Shown: positions 61,501 through 64,000 of the stretch, in pieces
Position numbering within the stretch: the first letter of the stretch is position 1
How the letters are laid out: every line of letters begins with the position of its first letter
Assembly (NCBI GenBank): GCA_038205425.1
Contig: JBBRBW010000004.1
Span: 18,681 to 82,680, forward strand
DNA: 64,000 nucleotides
Source: Burkholderiales bacterium
Lineage (GTDB): Bacteria > Pseudomonadota > Gammaproteobacteria > Burkholderiales > Burkholderiaceae_C
Direction of reading: 5' to 3'
Notes under the pieces: model-generated
Told to the model about the DNA's origin: nothing
Seen by the model: the letters and a program-made list of their open reading frames with translations, nothing else
Database searches by the model: none
Translations under genes and position numbers: made by a program

Positions 61501-62802
61501 GCACGGGTGGCCGACATCGGCATCTGGGGCGCCTGGCTGCCCCCGGGCTGGCGCCTGAGCGGCACGCTGAACACCACCGCCGTGCTCTCGGGCGCCTTCC
61601 GCAGCCCGAACATCGTCGGCGAACTCGGCGGCAGCGGCCTGGGCGTGCGCAACCTGCTGCAGGGCGTGAACGTGCGCGACGGCGAGGTGCTGGTGAAGCT
61701 GGAAGGCGACACCGCGCGCATCGAGCGCTTCACGCTGCGCGGCGGCGAAGGCAGCGCCACCATCACGGGCAGCGCGCAGCTGGTCGGCAAGCCCTCGGCC
61801 AAGCTGCAGCTGAAGGCCGACCGCCTGCGTGTGCTGGGCCGCGTCGACCGCATGTTGACGGCCAGCGGTAACGCCGAACTGCAGCTGAGCGCCGAACGCA
61901 CGCAACTCGACGGCAAGTTCGTCATCGACGAGGCCTTCTACGACGCCAGCCGTTCCGACGCCCCCTCGCTCGACGACGACGTGACGCTGCGCCGCAACGA
62001 CGAGGAGCTGGCGCGTGCCACCGTCGTCAGCGACACGGCGCCCACGCGCAGCTTCGTGATGGCGGTCGACGTCGACCTCGGCGAGAAGGTGCGCATCCGC
62101 GGCCGCGGCCTCGAGACCGGGCTGCGCGGCCAGTTGCGCCTGAGCACGCCCGGCGGCAGGCTGGCCGTCACCGGCACCATCCGCACCGATGGCGGCACTT
62201 ACGCCGCCTACGGCCAGGCACTGGACATCGAACGTGGCATCGTCGCCTTCAGCGGGTCGCCCAACAACCCGCGACTGGACGTGCTGGCGCTGCGGCCGAA
62301 GATCGAACAGCGTGTTGGCGTGGCCATCACCGGCAACCTGCTGACGCCGCGTGTGCGCCTGTTCAGCGATCCCGAGATGGGCGACTCGGAAAAGCTCTCG
62401 TGGCTGGTGCTCGGCCGCGCCCCCGACGGCCTGGGCCGCAACGACACGGCGCTGCTGCAGCGCGCCGCGGTGGCGCTGCTCGCGGGCGAGGGCGAGGCCC
62501 CCACCGACGCGCTGATGAAGAGCCTGGGCATCGACGAGATCTCGCTGCGCCAGGGCGAAGGCGACGTGCGCGAGACCGTCATCACCATCGGCAAGCAGCT
62601 CAGCCGGCGCTGGTACCTGGGCTACGAACGCGGCGTCAACGCCACCACCGGCACCTGGCAGCTGATCTACCGTATTGCCCAGCGCTTCACGCTGCGTGTG
62701 CAGAGCGGGCTGGACAGCGCCATCGACGTCATCTGGACCTGGCGCAGGCAGGAGACGCCCGCCGATGCCGGAAACCGCAAGGTGAAGGTGACGCCAAAGT
62801 AG
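58525..62802 (+). CDS. tamB: Translocation and assembly module TamB
   Basis: N-terminal TM anchor, long beta-rich body, C-terminal DUF490 (GTYAAYGQ, NPRLDV, LSWLVLGR, GKQLS). Confidence 0.88.
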   Translation: MAVPPSPSPPPAAPLLAPATPVRTGLSLLAPLLSIVALLLLLVLGTAGGMRWLLATETGTAWLLRQLPAVEVRGFSGALVGPSWRAESLRLPWAGGTQWLLIEGLAAEGVQWQWRPHANAWLGLRATAVSARKITVHTGPPGAAAPRPLVLPAELRPPLHLALDALQIDELQVDEMAPLRALRVAGLVLDPRAGALHHIDKFDLQVQGVLINGDISVANAQPYALKAQATLRPALEGDAPAWAAVVGAKGTAAALDIEATLRGRPQGKLAAPTLDLRASLRPLQAWLLASLQLQTEALDLAALSPRAPSTRLSGQATLQGGDQGSPLVVKVQLNNAQPGRWNEGRLPVRQLLLELGGQRQQRDRVDLTRFELALADAAGAAGRWTGNGSWQGHTLTLDTRIEKLTPQRLDGRAAAMTLAGPVALTLRGLPTPDFSGATPPPPNLSWKLDLQGQLDGTPQAVQVALEGSADDNRLELTRASAKSGGASAELVASIQRAGRGDWQLDTRGTISDFDPLPWWPGEAGSAWRKGPHRLSGDWKLDLRVPGNADRMPLLELAQRVAGNGTLRVQRSMLAGVPLAAELTLAYTPKAAPMPATLVAELQLGGNRLRLDGRGDPAGSGGSDRWRIELGADALAALAPLAALHPALTAWAPRGGSVSATLAADGRWPTMRTEGSARLTQLKAGTLSLARGTAAWSMDTGGAQPLALKLDLIDLTLGAQRADNLRLDLRGTLAEHQIDVSGAMPVVPPPMAERLLGIQVQSGTRAQMQARGQWLPNAAAAGKAPTTSAGGGRWKAQIERLIVGSWDGSSGTAPPASGWVEAHDLRAEFEFDAAMKLVALQAAPGRVQLADAVALRWDAVEADLRGAKPQLRLRADIESFKLAPLLARLQPEMGWQGDLRLAARVDIRAAEKMDAELVFERVDGDLHVAGPDSTQLLGLSELRLAVSAHDGQWIFTPAFRGRSLGELSGQVQVQSTPEQRWPQPDDKVSGRVQARVADIGIWGAWLPPGWRLSGTLNTTAVLSGAFRSPNIVGELGGSGLGVRNLLQGVNVRDGEVLVKLEGDTARIERFTLRGGEGSATITGSAQLVGKPSAKLQLKADRLRVLGRVDRMLTASGNAELQLSAERTQLDGKFVIDEAFYDASRSDAPSLDDDVTLRRNDEELARATVVSDTAPTRSFVMAVDVDLGEKVRIRGRGLETGLRGQLRLSTPGGRLAVTGTIRTDGGTYAAYGQALDIERGIVAFSGSPNNPRLDVLALRPKIEQRVGVAITGNLLTPRVRLFSDPEMGDSEKLSWLVLGRAPDGLGRNDTALLQRAAVALLAGEGEAPTDALMKSLGIDEISLRQGEGDVRETVITIGKQLSRRWYLGYERGVNATTGTWQLIYRIAQRFTLRVQSGLDSAIDVIWTWRRQETPADAGNRKVKVTPK

Positions 62803-62869
62803 GTGCCAGCAGGGCAAGCCGCCAACTTCCCGACGGCCGCCCAGGGCGTGACAAAATCCGCCGCCCCTG

Positions 62870-62944
62870 CTCGCCGTAGTTCAATGGATAGAACGGGCGC
62901 CTCCTAAGCGCCAGATACAGGTTCGATTCCTGTCGGCGGGACCA
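62870..62944 (+). tRNA. tRNA-Arg(CCT)
   Basis: CTCGCCG/CGGCGGG acceptor, GGCGC-CT-CCT-AA-GCGCC anticodon arm, GGTTCGATTCC, CCA. Confidence 0.95.
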
Positions 62945-62950
62945 TTGCAC

Positions 62951-63325
62951 CTACAGGCGCGGCGCAGCGCCAGGCGGCAGGTTCGCCGCCGGCCCCGCCT
63001 GGAACTCCCGCAGGCGCTGCAATTCCCGCAGCACCGGCGCGGCGAATCCCAGGCGGCCCCCGCGCCGGTCCACCAGCAGGTCGTCCAGCACCTGCTCGCG
63101 CAGCGCGGCATCTGCCCAGCACCAGGCGATGCGGTTGACCACGCGTGGATGCGATTCGCACAGTCGCAACGGCCGGCGACGTGACGGCAACTGCCGCAAC
63201 CAGCGCCGCGTGGTGCCCGTCAGTGCGCTGTCGCAATGGCGTTCGGGCCGGCGCAACGGCGCCCAATGCGCTTCGGCCCGGTCGTCTACCGTGGCCAGGA
63301 GGAAATGCCGTATGACCTCGAACAT
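62951..63325 (-). CDS. Hypothetical protein with DRRGGRxGF motif
   Basis: HPRVVNRIAWCW..LDDLLVDRRGGRLGF resembles a small uncharacterised Burkholderiales family (recalled, not searched). Confidence 0.6.
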   Translation of the reverse strand: MFEVIRHFLLATVDDRAEAHWAPLRRPERHCDSALTGTTRRWLRQLPSRRRPLRLCESHPRVVNRIAWCWADAALREQVLDDLLVDRRGGRLGFAAPVLRELQRLREFQAGPAANLPPGAAPRL

Positions 63326-63398
63326 TTTGCCCATCCCTTCCCACGCGGGCTGTCGCACCGCTGCTGAGGGGATTTCGGCATCGACGCAGTCGGACTGA

Positions 63399-63785
63399 AC
63401 TGAATCCGGCAGTCAGCCCGCAGCCGGAAGCGCCTGAGGCGGCCTGGACGGCCCGATGACCGGCGCAATCTTGTCGCTGATGTATCGCTCCAGCATGGCC
63501 CACCGGTCCGGCGTCTTGAACGGCTCCGCAGCAGACTTGACGTGCTGTAGAGCCGCCTGGATATCGGCGATCAGCGACTTGAGCAGGCCCACCTTGCCGT
63601 GCAGCGGTGTGAGGTACAGCGTCGTCTGCCCCGAACTGTGTGTTGCCCGGCCTGCGGCAGCCAGCAGCAGTGGTCTGCTGGTGATGGCCTCCATCCGCGC
63701 CGTCGGGTTGGCCGCCGTGCAGTACCCACTCCACCCGTTGCAGACCAGCGCGCAGGCCCGGGCCGTGCTCTACGCTGCCTGCATC
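63399..63785 (-). mobile_element. IS1380-family transposase 3' remnant with decayed right end
   Basis: ARACALVCNGWSGYC..ANPTARMEAITSRPLLL resembles IS1380-type C-termini (ALVYNWWSWY..EAITSRPLLL); in-frame TAG upstream; CTGAATCCGGCAGT end-like sequence. Confidence 0.65.
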
Positions 63786-64000
63786 AACAGGCCGCGCCGG
63801 TTTGCGCGTGCCCTTCGACTTCCAGCGCCGTCAGCCACAGCCGCGTGTCGAACTCCAGTTGGTGGTAGTCGGGCTCCATGTGCGTGCACAGCGCGTAGAA
63901 GGCCTTGTCGTGTTCACGTTCGCGCAGGTGGGCCAGTTCGTGCACGACGATCATGCGCAGGAAGGCGGCGGGCGCGTCCTTGAACAGGCTCGCGATGCGG
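63784..64000 (-). CDS. YgjP/M48-like zinc metalloprotein, 3' part (runs off window)
   Basis: Manual translation FLRMIVVHELAHLREREHDKAFY with HExxH; stop at 63784-63786. Confidence 0.85.
   Translation of the reverse strand, partial: RIASLFKDAPAAFLRMIVVHELAHLREREHDKAFYALCTHMEPDYHQLEFDTRLWLTALEVEGHAQTGAAC

Noticed and set aside
62870-64000. Prophage or island at tRNA-Arg(CCT)
   Set aside because: No integrase or att duplication visible; only an IS remnant (the window ends about 1 kb later).

Overview
Very GC-rich chromosomal segment of a Betaproteobacterium; gene content and order suggest Burkholderiales (Rubrivivax/Ideonella-like). It is mostly housekeeping and accessory metabolism. Genes include: a GNAT; an Oar-like TonB-dependent receptor; alaS with a Phd/VapC toxin-antitoxin pair directly upstream; gabD; a degenerate GGDEF protein; a triple beta/gamma-crystallin + glycine-zipper secreted protein; tRNA-Gly(CCC); two GntR-linked FAH/Bug(TctC) catabolic clusters; a phaC-MaoC/Pta-ackA operon; trmB; cbpAM; uppP; TetR-pcm-tolC; mipA; a DUF1800/DUF1501 pair; waaA; PMM/PGM; a LytS/LytTR system; a DEAD-box helicase; ada-alkA/ogt; a dihaem cytochrome c; a split MoxR/VWA pair coupled to tamAB; tRNA-Arg(CCT); and an IS1380 scar. 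No CRISPR array, prophage or intact mobile element is visible. The most notable non-standard signals are: (i) repeated leaderless-type promoters (-10 hexamer 6-7 nt before the ATG); (ii) several gene remnants with the middle deleted and the ends joined; (iii) 12-bp coding tandem repeats in the helicase and trmB; (iv) an apparent ATC start codon; (v) an uncharacterised carboxylate catabolic cluster with a signal-less ModA-fold protein that may be an enzyme. All family calls come from motif recognition by eye, not database searches.
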